Shown one piece after another: positions 52,719-62,622 of a stretch of DNA of 64,000 nt (within the stretch, counting starts at the first letter, position 1; every line of letters starts with the position of its first letter). The notes below the pieces were generated by a model. It had not been told where the DNA came from, ran no database searches, and saw nothing but the letters and a program-made list of their open reading frames with translations. The translations under genes and the position numbers were made by a program. This DNA comes from an uncultured Actinomycetes bacterium. GTDB lineage: Bacteria > Actinomycetota > Acidimicrobiia > Spongiisociales > DATADW01. The stretch lies in assembly GCA_963733905.1 (NCBI GenBank), contig CAVTEU010000012.1:32603-96602 (forward strand). Direction: 5' to 3'.

Positions 52719-53881
52719 GTCGGATCGCGCTGCTCGGTGCCGGGATCATCGGGCGGGTCATCGCCCGTGACCTGGCCACATGGGATCGCCCCGACGAGGT
52801 GGTGGTGGGTGACGTCGACGTGGAGAGGGCCAAGACGGCAGCCGGAGAACATGGCTTCGAGGGCGCCGAGGTGGACGTGCTCGACCCGGACTCCCTCGAT
52901 GCATTCCTTGCCGGCGCCTCGGTGGTGGTGAACGCCGCCCAGTACCACGTCAACCTCGCCGTAATGGAGGGGGCGCTTCGGGCGGGTTGTCACTACCTCG
53001 ATCTCGGCGGGCTGTTCCACACCACGCGACGCCAGCTCGAACTGGGGGAGCGGTTCGAGGAAGCCCGGCTCAGCGCCGTCCTCGGGATCGGTTCGTGCCC
53101 CGGGATCGCCAACGTCCATGCCGGCGACCTGGGGGCCAGGCTGGAACACGTTCGCTCGGTCCGGATCTTCAACGGCGCCACCGTGGACCCCTCCGATCGG
53201 ATCACCTGGCCCTACTCGCTTTGGACGATCCTCGATGAGGTCACTCAACGCCCTGTCGTCTTCCGCGACGGCGAGTTCGTCGAGGTGGAACCGCTTGTCC
53301 GAGGAGGAGCCCTTCCCGTTCCTCGAGCCGATCGGCTACGCCACCACCCACCTCTCGCTCCACTCCGAGGTGGCGACCATCCCGGTGAGCCTGGCGGCGA
53401 AGGGGATCGAGCGGTGTGAGTTCAAGATCCGGTTCTTCGGGCTGTCCGAGCCGGCCCTCCGCAAGCTCGCCTTCCTCGCCTCGATCGGTCTCGCCTCCAC
53501 CGACCCCAGGACCGTCGGGGAAGTCGAGGGAGTCGTCCCCCGCCGCCTCTTGGTCGACCTGCTCGAGGAGACCACACCACCTCCTCCGGACCACGCCGGG
53601 TTCAAGGACATCGCCACCGTGGCCGAGGGCACGGTCGACGGCGTACCCACCCGGCTCAGGCTGGACGCAACCGCATGGCCATCATCCGAACTGGGCGTCG
53701 GCGGGGGCACGGTCGCTGTCGCCGCCCCCCGGCCGTGGTCGCCCGCTGGCTGGCCGGCGACGCCCTCCGTCCCGGTGTCCACCCCCCGGAGACCGTGATC
53801 GAACCGGCTCCCTTCTACGAGGAATTGGCGCGGCGGGGGATCAGGACCACTCTCAGCGAGGAAACCGTTCTGGCGGGATAG
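52715..53881 (+). CDS. Saccharopine-dehydrogenase-like NAD(P)-binding oxidoreductase; two to three frameshifts
   Basis: GTG 52715 overlaps the aminotransferase stop (GTGA). IALLGAGIIGRVIARDL Rossmann motif..NAAQYHVNLAVMEGALRAGCHYLDLGG (ORF 52631..53419). Continues in ORFs 53118..53798 and 53675..53881. Confidence 0.7.
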
Positions 53882-53991
53882 TCGGAAGACGGAAGTCGGA
53901 AGGCGATCTGCTCCGTCCCCCCGCAGGGGGAAGGGCCCCGCTGCGGAGCAGCGGGTAGGGGGGCTGCCGAATTCCCAACTGTGCTCGCCAC
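53881..53991. repeat. Structured intergenic repeat, family 1, copy B1 (inverted relative to copy A)
   Basis: GTCGGAA GACGGAA GTCGGAA (53881-53901). The 63-nt core at 53917-53979 is 60/63 identical to the reverse complement of 11418-11480. Confidence 0.85.
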
Positions 53992-54006
53992 ACCGGCTAT
54001 CGCGCT

Positions 54007-54135
54007 CTTGGGAGTGAACCAGCCCCCCTCCCCCGACGCCTGCGGCCTCGGGTACTCCCCCCGCCGGGGGAGAGAAACTCAGGGACGGCTCGATTTGGAC
54101 GCCTCGCTACCCTCGTCTCGTCGCCTTGCCGTCTA
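54007..54135. repeat. Structured intergenic repeat, family 1, diverged copy B2 (same orientation as copy A, tail-to-tail with B1)
   Basis: CTTGGGAGTGAACCAGCCCCCCT.. parallels GTTGGGAGTTCGCCAGCCCCCCT.. of copy A. Hairpins are kept with different sequence (CCCGA..GCC-tgc-GGC..TCGGG; CCCCC..GGGGG). A degenerate CCGTC-type tail lies at about 54105-54135. Confidence 0.65.
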
Positions 54136-54148
54136 GGGGGATAGCGCA

Positions 54149-54994
54149 ATGGGAACCGCGATGACACTCGGGTTCCGGACCAGGACACGCCTCATGACCC
54201 GCGTATTGATCGGGTCGTGCATTCTCTCCACCGCGGCGTTCGTGCTCACCTACGTCCTCGCCGAGGACACGGAGCAGTACTTCGCTTGGACGGTCCAACC
54301 TCCGCTCAGCGCCGCCTTCTTCGGTGCCGGTTACGGGGCGGGCGCACTCCTCGCCGGGTTGTGCTTGCGTGAGCGGTCCTGGGCTCGGATCCGCCCCGGC
54401 GTCCTCGCCATCATCATCTTCGCCACCCTCACTCTGGTGGTCACCTTGCTCCACCGTGACCGGTTCCACTTCGGGGTGGGCGGTTTCGCAGAAGGATCGG
54501 CATGGCTCTGGCTCGCCATCTACGTCGTGTTCCCCATCGCCGGGGTGGTCGCCCTGGTGACCGAGTGGCGGGCGCTGGGCAGCGACCCTCCTTATGCGGG
54601 TCCTCTCCCTTCTGCGCTCCGGGGGATCCTCGCCATCCAGGCCGTGGTGCTTGGTCTGCTCGGTTTGGGACTTCTGCTCTTCCCCGAGCCAGTGGCCACC
54701 TTCTGGCCTTGGACCCTCACGCCCCTCACCGCTCGTGCGATCGGCGCCTGGCTGCTCCCGATCGGGTTGGCCGGGGTGTGGGTGGTGTTCGAGAACGACC
54801 TGGGGCGGTCGCGGATCCTTTCCACCGTCTACGTCTTCTACGCCATCCTCGTTATCGGTGCGCTGGCGCGGTTCCGGGAGGAGGTCGACTGGAGTCACTC
54901 GTCGGCTTGGGCGCTGGGGGCGATGGTTGCGCTGATCCTGGTTACCGGGATTGCCGGGAGGGTCGCTGCGGCTCGGCTCCCCGCCGGTAGTTGA
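54149..54994 (+). CDS. Integral membrane protein (281 aa, about 7-8 TM), unknown family
   Basis: Intact ORF, hydrophobic throughout (LIGSCILSTAAFVLTYVL; GVLAIIIFATLTLVVTLL; WLWLAIYVVFPIAGVVALV..). Confidence 0.6.
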   Translation: MGTAMTLGFRTRTRLMTRVLIGSCILSTAAFVLTYVLAEDTEQYFAWTVQPPLSAAFFGAGYGAGALLAGLCLRERSWARIRPGVLAIIIFATLTLVVTLLHRDRFHFGVGGFAEGSAWLWLAIYVVFPIAGVVALVTEWRALGSDPPYAGPLPSALRGILAIQAVVLGLLGLGLLLFPEPVATFWPWTLTPLTARAIGAWLLPIGLAGVWVVFENDLGRSRILSTVYVFYAILVIGALARFREEVDWSHSSAWALGAMVALILVTGIAGRVAAARLPAGS

Positions 54995-55037
54995 AATCCC
55001 GCGTGCTAGGGACCAAGGCTCTTCTAACCTGCCGCCC

Positions 55038-56252
55038 ATGGACCTGACCCTCCGCCCCGTCACCGAGGACGAGCTTCCCGAATTCGCCCGCTGGGTGAGC
55101 CGCGCTTTCCACGGCGACGTCAAGGACGAGGATCTCGAGGACTGGAAGATCTGGTTCGAGATCGAGCGCAGCCTGGCCGCCTTCGATGGCGACCGGATCG
55201 TCGGGACCGCGGGTGCCATCAGTTATGAGCTCACCGTGCCCGGAGGCAGTCTTCCCGCCGCCGGCGTGACCGTGGTCTCGGTGCGCTCCACCCACCGGCG
55301 ACGCGGCGTGCTGTCGGCCATGATGCGCCACCAGCTCGACGACGTCCGTGACCGGGGTGAGGCGATCGCCATCCTCTGGGCTTCGGAGAGCATCATCTAC
55401 GGCCGGTTCGGCTACGGGATGGCTGCTCCCGATGTGACCCTCGAGATCGAGCGTCGCCACGGCCGGCTGGCGATGCCTTTCGAGTCCCCAGGTGAGATCC
55501 AACTGCTCGAGCGCGAAGAGGCCGAAAAGATCCTCCCCTCGCTGTACGAGCAGATCCGACCGACCTACCCAGGGATGCTGGGAGAGGACCCGAGCCGCTG
55601 GCAGCTCATGTTCAACGACCGGGAGAGCCACCGCGACGGCATGAGCTCCAACCGGTACGTGTCCTACGAGGAAAACGGCGAGTCATTGGGCTTTCTCCGC
55701 TACCGGGCAAAGGGGGAATGGGACGAGGGTTTTGCCCGTGGAAAGGTGACCACCCCGCAACTCATGGCGCTGACGCCCAACGCATACAAGGCGCTTTGGT
55801 CTCATCTGCTCAACCTCGACTTGGTGGAGTCGATCGCCGCCTACCACCGACCCGCCACGGAGCCGCTCGGCATGATGCTCGCCGACCCTCGCCGGCTCCG
55901 GGCCAGGCTCAGCGATGGCCTCTGGCTGCGGATACTCGACGTGCCGACCGCCCTGGGAACCCGGCGCTATCGCCAAGCGGGGAGCCTGGTCCTCGAGGTG
56001 GCCGACCCGCTGGGATACGCCGCCGGCCGGTTCCGGTTGGAGGGTGACGTCGATGGGGCCGAGGTGACGAGCACCGATGCCGAGCCCGATCTCACCCTTG
56101 ACGCCGCGGCGCTCGGTGCCGCCTACCTCGGGGGCACCAAGGTCATGGCTCTGGCCGAGGCTGGTCTGATCCAGGGCGAGCCGGAGGCAATCCGACGGGC
56201 CGACATCATGTTCGGTTGGGACCGACCCACCTGGATCCCCTGGATCTTCTGA
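55038..56252 (+). CDS. Eis-family GNAT acetyltransferase (GNAT-GNAT-SCP2 architecture)
   Basis: ATG 55038 within ORF 54951..56252. VSVRSTHRRRGVLSAMM, ILWASESIIYGRFGYGMA, and a C-terminal sterol-carrier-like part (GRFRLEG..LTLDAAALGAAYLGG). Confidence 0.8.
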   Translation: MDLTLRPVTEDELPEFARWVSRAFHGDVKDEDLEDWKIWFEIERSLAAFDGDRIVGTAGAISYELTVPGGSLPAAGVTVVSVRSTHRRRGVLSAMMRHQLDDVRDRGEAIAILWASESIIYGRFGYGMAAPDVTLEIERRHGRLAMPFESPGEIQLLEREEAEKILPSLYEQIRPTYPGMLGEDPSRWQLMFNDRESHRDGMSSNRYVSYEENGESLGFLRYRAKGEWDEGFARGKVTTPQLMALTPNAYKALWSHLLNLDLVESIAAYHRPATEPLGMMLADPRRLRARLSDGLWLRILDVPTALGTRRYRQAGSLVLEVADPLGYAAGRFRLEGDVDGAEVTSTDAEPDLTLDAAALGAAYLGGTKVMALAEAGLIQGEPEAIRRADIMFGWDRPTWIPWIF

Positions 56253-56279
56253 CCGTCCAGCCCGGTTAGCGTCGGGTTC

Positions 56280-57913
56280 ATGGCCAAGATCCACGGCGGT
56301 CAGATCGTCGCCCGGGCGCTGCGCGCCGAGGGGGTCGACGCCATCTTCACCCTCACCGGCGGGCACATCGTCCCCATCCTCGACGGGTGCGTCCAAGAGG
56401 GGATCCGGGTGGTTGATGTCCGCCACGAGCAGGCCGCGGCCCACGCCGCCGAGGCCTACACGCGACTCACCGGGCGGCTCGGAGTGGCCGCGGTCACCGC
56501 CGGTCCCGGGGTGACCGATGCCATCACCGGGGTGGCAACCGCCTGGTATTCGCAGACGCCGATGCTGCTCCTCGGCGGCCGCCACCTTCTCCGTCAAGAG
56601 CTCAGGGGTGGGCTCCAGGAGATGGATCATCCCCGGCTCTTTGGATCCATCACCGCCTGGTCGGGCACCTGCTGGCAGGTGGAGAGGCTGGCCGACCACA
56701 TTGCGGTGGCGGCGCGCCACGCCTTTGCCGGTCGGGGGGCCCCCGTGTTCCTCGACATACCGATGGACGTCCAGTTCGACATGGTGGAGGAGACCGCCGT
56801 CAGTTGGCCGGCCCGATACCGGGCTTCCGAGCCGAGCGGGGTCGACCCCGAAACGCTGGATCAGATGGTCGATGCGCTGGCCAAGAGTCAGCGACCGATG
56901 GTGTTCGCCGGGGGAGGATTGCGCGGTCCCGAGGCGGCGAGCCTGGTCGACCTGGTGGAGGCTCTCCAGGCGCCGGCATACCTCAACAGCCGGGCGAGAG
57001 GCGCCCTCCCGCACGGTCATCCGCTGCTGGGCAACCATGCCCGGTCGCTCGCCTTCTCGGGATGCGACCTGGTGCTTGCGCTCGGGGTCGACTGGGACTT
57101 CCGCACGTCCTATGGGGACAAGATCGGTGCCGAGGCCGTGGTCATCCAGGTGGATGCCGACCCGGAGAAGATCGGGTGGAACCGGGCGGCGAACATCGGG
57201 GTGGTGGCCGACCCGGCTCGTGTCGCCGCCCAGTTGGCGATCTGCTGCCGACCGCTTTGCACGCGCCGATACGCCGGGGTGGACCAAGGAGATAATGGAC
57301 GAGGAGGAGAGCCGGCAAGCCTCCGCCGAGGCCGAGGCAGCGTCGGACGACTCACCCGTCCAACCGCAGCGTTTTGGCCGCGAGGTCGGCGCGTTCTTCG
57401 GCACCGAATCGATCGTCGCCGTGGATGGTGGCGACATCGTCTCCACCACCGCCCGCTGGCTCCAGGTCTCCACCCCGGGTCACGTGCTCGACCCGGGCCC
57501 GTTCGGGACGCTTGGCACCGGCGTGCCATACGCCATCGCCGCCAAGGTGGCCTACCCCGACAAGCTCGTCGGGATCGTGTTCGGCGACGGCGCCTTCGGC
57601 TTCAACGGGTTCGAATACGACACCCTGGTCCGCCTCGACCTCCCCGTGGTCGGCGTCTTGGGGAACGACGGGGTGTGGAACAACATCAGGACCTTCCACC
57701 GAGCCATGTTCCCCGAACAGGCTCGTCGCCTCGGAACTCGGCCGCCGCCCCTACCACGCGGTGGTAAACGCCCTGGGCGGTCACGGCGAGTTGGTCGAGG
57801 ATCCCGCCGACCTCACTCCCGCCCTGGAGCGCGCCCGCGCCTCCGGCAAGCCTTCACTGGTCGATGTCCACATCGCCGAGACGATGCGCATGTCGAGCAA
57901 CTACAGCCAATAG
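56280..57913 (+). CDS. Thiamine-pyrophosphate-dependent enzyme (acetolactate-synthase/oxalyl-CoA-decarboxylase-like); two frameshifts (near 57240 and 57715)
   Basis: [49 protein letters not shown] (ORF 56280). TPP motif [34 protein letters not shown] (ORF 56518 frame). Tail ..[10 protein letters not shown] in ORF 57374..57913. Confidence 0.8.
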
Positions 57914-58084
57914 GGCTCGCTGCGCTCGCAGCTCGCTGCGCCGTTCTGGGTTTTGGGTTCTGGGCCTCGGAGCGGAAGACGGAACGCCGAACCCGTCGCC
58001 ACCTGCAGCGGGCTCCCACTGCCGCCGTACGCCGTCCGCCGTCCGCCGTACCGCCGTCCGCCGTCGGCGGCGGAGCCGCCGGCC
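57914..58084. repeat. Composite structured repeat, copy D (family 2 box, phased heptamer run, short core, inverted CCGTC array)
   Basis: GGCTCGCTGCGCTCGCAGCTCGCTGCGCC. Then seven in-phase heptamers GTTCTGG GTTTTGG GTTCTGG GCCTCGG AGCGGAA GACGGAA CGCCGAA (57943-57991). Core with GGCTCCCACT. Then CCGTACG CCGTCCG CCGTCCG CCGTACC .. CCGTCCG CCGTCGG (58025-58067). Hairpin GGCGGC-gga-GCCGCC. Confidence 0.8.
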
Positions 58085-58846
58085 CTACAACAGCACGATC
58101 AGGGCGAAGGTGCCGAAGACGAAGCAGTAGATGGCGAAGGGGAGCAGGCCGACGGTCTGCAGGGCACGCAACAGCAGGGCGATGGCGAAGTAGCCCGAAA
58201 TCGCCGCCACCACCATCCCGACCCAGACCTGCGAGGAGATTCCGCCGTCGTTGACCAGGTCGACCACCCCGAACAACCCGGCGGCGGCGATGGTGGGAAC
58301 CCCGAGCAGGAACGAGAAGCGAGCCGCCTCCACCGGAGTGAGCCCTCTCCCTTCCCCCACGGTGATCGTGGTGCCCGACCGGGAGATCCCGGGGAGCAGC
58401 GCAACTAGCTGAACCAGACCCACCAGGAAGGCGTCGAGCGGTCGCGCCTCCTCCAGTCGCATCCGCCCCGAGGTGAGACGGCTCCCCACCACCAGGATGA
58501 ACCCGTTGACGATGAGCAGCGCCGCAGCAACCCAGGCGATCGCCTGCAGTTGCTCGATCGGACCCTCCAGTGCCAGTGCGGCCACCGCAGGAAGGGTGCC
58601 GACCACCACCAGGAGGAGCATCCGACGGGCCACCGGGTCCGAACGGAAGCGGAGCATGCGGAGCAGGTCCACCCGGAAATAGGCGACCACCGCCACCAGG
58701 GTCCCCAGATGGAGCACCGCGGTGGTGGCGAGATCGGGCGGCTCAAGACCGAGCAGCGCCGGGATCAAGACGAGGTGGCCGTCCGAGGAGATGGGGAGGA
58801 ACTCGGTGATCCCTTGGACGAGCCCCCACACGATGGCTTGCAGCAC
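58085..58846 (-). CDS. uppP: Undecaprenyl-diphosphate phosphatase
   Basis: Intact 253-aa ORF. GLVQGITEFLPISSDGHL..LPGISRSGTTI..FSFLLGVP are BacA/UppP signatures. Confidence 0.9.
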   Translation of the reverse strand: MLQAIVWGLVQGITEFLPISSDGHLVLIPALLGLEPPDLATTAVLHLGTLVAVVAYFRVDLLRMLRFRSDPVARRMLLLVVVGTLPAVAALALEGPIEQLQAIAWVAAALLIVNGFILVVGSRLTSGRMRLEEARPLDAFLVGLVQLVALLPGISRSGTTITVGEGRGLTPVEAARFSFLLGVPTIAAAGLFGVVDLVNDGGISSQVWVGMVVAAISGYFAIALLLRALQTVGLLPFAIYCFVFGTFALIVLL

Positions 58847-58873
58847 GGGCCGGGGAGGTTAGCCCTCGGCCTC

Positions 58874-59974
58874 CTACCCGTCGTCGTTGCCGTGGGGACG
58901 CAGCCCCACGACGATCACGTCGCGGCCCAGATCCACGGTGTCGACCGCGCCGGTGGCGACGTTGAGCACCCGCACCTCTGGCCCTGGCCCGCCAACCACC
59001 AGGCGCCAAACATCCCACGACCAGTCGACCGAGGCGCTGGGGATCCATCGGTATCGACCACAGCCTCTCGGCCCGCATCGCCCAGACCTCGAGACGCGAC
59101 CGCCTCCCGGGCGGTTCCAGGAGCAGCGCGATATGACGACCGTCGGGCGACCACCACGCCCGGGTGACATGGTCGGGAACCCAGGACAACTCGACCACGG
59201 TGGAGAGCATCGTGTCGGCGAAGGCGATCTCCCCCTCACCGGCATCGAGCATCAGCCGGCCTCCGGGACCGACGTCATGGATCTCGGCGCCCTCCCGGGT
59301 CCACACCGGAGCACCTGCGAAGTCGAGCCGCTCGAATTCCTGCCCTCGTCGCCGAGGATGAAGCCCCAACCTCCCCACCCCCGAAGCTGGGCGTCTCCCT
59401 CCAGCCGTGCCACCCGCCCGGTTCGGTCGTTAGCCCAGACAACGGTTTTGTCCCCGACCTTCTCCGTCCAGGCGATGGCGCCGCCCACCTGATCGTGCCA
59501 TGCGGCACTGCTCACGTTGCGGGCCAATATGGGGAGGAACCCGGAATTGCCCGCCCGGAGGACCCCGTCATCGGACAGCAGGAACATGCTCGTCCCGGAG
59601 GCGTCGATGTCATAGGTGCCCGGAGTGATCTCGAAGCGACGGGTGGTGACACCGCGGTCCCATGGCCACCTGAAAAGCTCGAGCACGGTCGAGTTGCTCA
59701 CGATGGCGACGAGGTCCGACCTCACTCCAGGGACCCTTCCGGCGAGACCGGGCCCGACGACGGTCCCGACAGTGGTGGTGGCCACCGGCGGCGGAGGCTC
59801 CGGGTCGGTGCGACCCACGGTCGCCGGGTCCCATCTGGACACCACGAGAGCAACCAGGCCGACCACCACGGCAACGGCCAGCAGCGGGAACAATGAGGGA
59901 CGGGGCGGCCTTACCGGATCAGGTTCGACCCCGATGAGCGGTGGCGAGGTGGGTGCTGGCATTGGTGCCTTCAC
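58874..59974 (-). CDS. Hypothetical membrane-anchored protein; two to three frameshifts
   Basis: ORF 59252..59974 (Pro-rich N-terminus, TM SLFPLLAVAVVVGLVALVV, beta-rich body). Continues in ORFs 58743..59378 and 58874..59245. No family recognised. Confidence 0.45.
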
Positions 59975-60000
59975 TGAACGCTATCCGACAGGGACCGGTA

Positions 60001-60553
60001 TCAGGGGGCGAATCCACCCCCGATCATCACCACGGCACGGCCCTCGGCCACGGCGGCGGCCGCCGGAGCGGCCGCCTCGGCAGGTATGGCCACGAGCCCA
60101 GTTGGCTCTCCTGGGTTGAGCGGATCCTGTGGCATGCCCGCCATGACCTCCCCGTCGACGACGCGAGGTTCGCCCTGAGCGCCGAGGCCCGGCAGCAGGA
60201 CCAAACGCACCGTCCCACCGGGGAGGGCACCAGGGGGCAGCGGCACCTCGAGCGCCCACCAGTTGTCAGGTGGCTTGACCGAATCGGTTCCGACCAGCGC
60301 AGGTGACAGCGGAGTGCCGGCTGGGATGTCTACCAGTGCCAATCCGCCGAGCTCGACGGGGGGCAGCACCCCTCCCGACACCTGCCGCCACTCCACGCTC
60401 TCCTCATCGACGACACTGCCCGCGGCGAGATCGATCCTGGCGTAGGGATGGTCCACCTCCTGCGCGGGGCCGGACTTCGATCCAGAGAGCCAGCCCCAGG
60501 ATCGCAACCGCCCCAAGCCAGCGCAGGTAGGGCGGGCGCGACAGCCAGAGCAC
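60001..60553 (-). CDS. SAF-domain protein (CpaB/RcpC-like N-terminal architecture); one frameshift near nt 60470
   Basis: GTG 60553 gives VLWLSRPPYLRWLGAVAILGLALWIEVRP (TM). ORF 60001..60516 then follows (ARIDLAAGSVVDEESVEWRQV.. SAF-like, ..RAVVMIGG). Confidence 0.55.
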
Positions 60554-60592
60554 CGCGGAAACGTATCGACAGTGGGTCCCCGAGGGAAGGGG

Positions 60593-61377
60593 TCAGCCGG
60601 TGGCGCCCTCGAGGGCGGTGGCGCAAGGACACTTGCCGGCCGGTCTCCGCCGCCCTCGGGATGAGCAGCCGGACCGCCTCGCGCAGCGTTCCCAGCGTCT
60701 CCTTGAACAACTCGAGCACGGCGTGGTGGGTGACCGCCTCGATCTCACCCTCGACGCCGACGTCGTAATCGGTGACCACCGCGATATTGACGTAACAGAT
60801 CTCCAACTCCCGGGCGAGGAGAGCCTCGGGGAGCTGGGTCATGTTGATCACCTTGAAGCCCGGACTGGGCGAACCAGCGGCTCTCGGCCCGGGTGGAGAA
60901 CCGAGGCCCTTGGATGACGACCGTGGCGCCCCCGTCGTGGACGGTCGCCCCGGCATCACGGCACGAGTCGAGCGCCAGCGGGCGCAACTCCGGGCAATAG
61001 GGATCGGCGAAGGCGATGTGGACCACTTCGGGACCGTCGTAGAAGGTCGAGGGCCGGCCCCAGGTGCGATCGACCAGTTGGTCGGGGACCACCAGGTGGC
61101 CAGGGCCGTATTCGCTCACCAGGCTCCCGGCGGCACAGGGCCCGATGATGCGGTCGACCCCGAGCTCGCGCATCGCCCACAGGTTGGCCCGGTACGGCAC
61201 CAGGTGCGGCGGGTACTGGTGGTCATGACCATGGCGGGGGATGAAGGCGACCTCCACCCCGTCCACCTCGCCGACGGTCGCCGGTGCCGAGGGCGGCCCA
61301 TAGGGGGTGTCCACATCGACGGTGCGCGCCTCGTCGAGGAACTCGTAGAAGCCGGTCCCGCCAAATACGCCGATCAT
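60593..61377 (-). CDS. mtnP: S-methyl-5'-thioadenosine phosphorylase; two frameshifts (near 60870 and 60650)
   Basis: ATG 61377 overlaps the upstream stop (ATGA). MIGVFGGTGFYEF..FIPRHGHDHQYPPHLVPYRANLWAMRELGV..GPRFSTRAES (ORF 60745..61614). VINMTQLPEALLARELEICYVNIAVVTDYD (ORF 60330..60959). Tail CPCATALEGATG ends at TGA 60595-60593. Confidence 0.85.
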
Positions 61378-61706
61378 TCGTCGCTCTTGTCGGATGAGCC
61401 TGAAGACGAGCCCGAGGACGATCCGGCTTCTGCGGCGGCTTTGGCGGTCTTGCCGTCGCTCTTTTCCTTCTCCTTGTCCTTCTCCTTGTCCTTGTCCTTG
61501 TCCTTGGCCGGGCTGACCGACGACGACTTCGAGCGAGAGTCGGTGGAGTAGAAGCCACTGCCCTTGAACACCACCCCGGCTGGATGGAACACCTTCTGAA
61601 GAGGCCCGCCGCACACTTCATGCTTCTTCAGCAGCTTCGCCGAGAACGGCTGGAAGATCTCGAACCGGTCCCCGCATTGTTTGCAGACGTATTCGTAAGT
61701 GGGCAT
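61374..61706 (-). CDS. FmdB-family zinc-ribbon protein with low-complexity K/D/E and Ser-rich tail
   Basis: MPTYEYVCKQCGDRFEIFQPFSAKLLKKHEVCGGPLQKVFHP (CxxC..C) from internal ATG 61706 of ORF 61374..61769. Tail is AKDKDKDKEKDKEKEKSDGK..SSSGSSSGSS. Confidence 0.8.
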   Translation of the reverse strand: MPTYEYVCKQCGDRFEIFQPFSAKLLKKHEVCGGPLQKVFHPAGVVFKGSGFYSTDSRSKSSSVSPAKDKDKDKEKDKEKEKSDGKTAKAAAEAGSSSGSSSGSSDKSDE

Positions 61707-61809
61707 ACCGCCGTCGTGTTGACTGGGCCGGGAGGTTAGTGGTCGGTGTGCGCCGTCGAAGACGCCCACTTAGACTCGCCGACGTGCCCCCAACACCTCT
61801 TGCGCGCCC

Positions 61810-62622
61810 GTGACCATTGAGGTAGCCGTCATCCCGGCAGCGGGACGGGGAACGAGGATGCGTCCGGCCACCCGGGTGGTCCCCAAGGCGCTGATCACTG
61901 TGATCGATCGCCCCGCCATCCAGTACGCCGTCGAGGAAGCGGCGCGGGCGGGTGCCACCGAGGCGGTGATCGTCGTCGATCTGGACGCCGGCCACCTCAT
62001 CCAGCAGCACTTCCTCGTCGACGACAGGCTCCCCGGTCTGGAGCACGTCAAGGTGAGGCCCATCGTCCAGGAGGAGCCGCTCGGACTGGGTCACGCCGTG
62101 CTCGAGGCCCGTGAGGTGGTTCACGACCGGCCGTTCTTCTGCCTGCTCGCCGACAACATCGTCTACCCCGGCGCCGACGTGCTGCCCTCTTTGGCGGCGG
62201 CCTACGAGGGGAGCTCGGTGGTGTGCCTGCGGCGGCTTTCCGACGAATTCCTCGACCGCTATGGGGTGATCGTCCCCGGAGAGGAACGCTCGGAGTCGGT
62301 GATCGAGGTTCGCGGCGCCGTCGAGAAGCCGGGTGCAGCGGCCGCCCCGTCGCGCCTCGGGCTCATCGGCCGCTACCTGTTCACCTCCGAGATCTTCGAG
62401 GCCCTGACCAAGGTCGAGCCCGGCCACGGTGGCGAGATCCAGTTGACCGACGCCATCGACGCCTTGGGTCGTGCCAACCGCTGCCTCGGTTCGATCGCCG
62501 ATGAGGACCTGCTCGATGTGGGTACGCCCTTCGGATTGGCCGAGGCCACCGCGGTGCTCGGCGCCGCCCATGAAGAGTGGGGCGAGGACTTCCGCCGACT
62601 GGCGGCGACGGTCGCCAAGTGA
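61810..62622 (+). CDS. galU: UTP--glucose-1-phosphate uridylyltransferase
   Basis: Intact 270-aa ORF. VIPAAGRGTRMRPATRVVPKAL..GLGHAV..RYGVI..IGRYLFT..GEIQLTDAI. Confidence 0.9.
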   Translation: MTIEVAVIPAAGRGTRMRPATRVVPKALITVIDRPAIQYAVEEAARAGATEAVIVVDLDAGHLIQQHFLVDDRLPGLEHVKVRPIVQEEPLGLGHAVLEAREVVHDRPFFCLLADNIVYPGADVLPSLAAAYEGSSVVCLRRLSDEFLDRYGVIVPGEERSESVIEVRGAVEKPGAAAAPSRLGLIGRYLFTSEIFEALTKVEPGHGGEIQLTDAIDALGRANRCLGSIADEDLLDVGTPFGLAEATAVLGAAHEEWGEDFRRLAATVAK

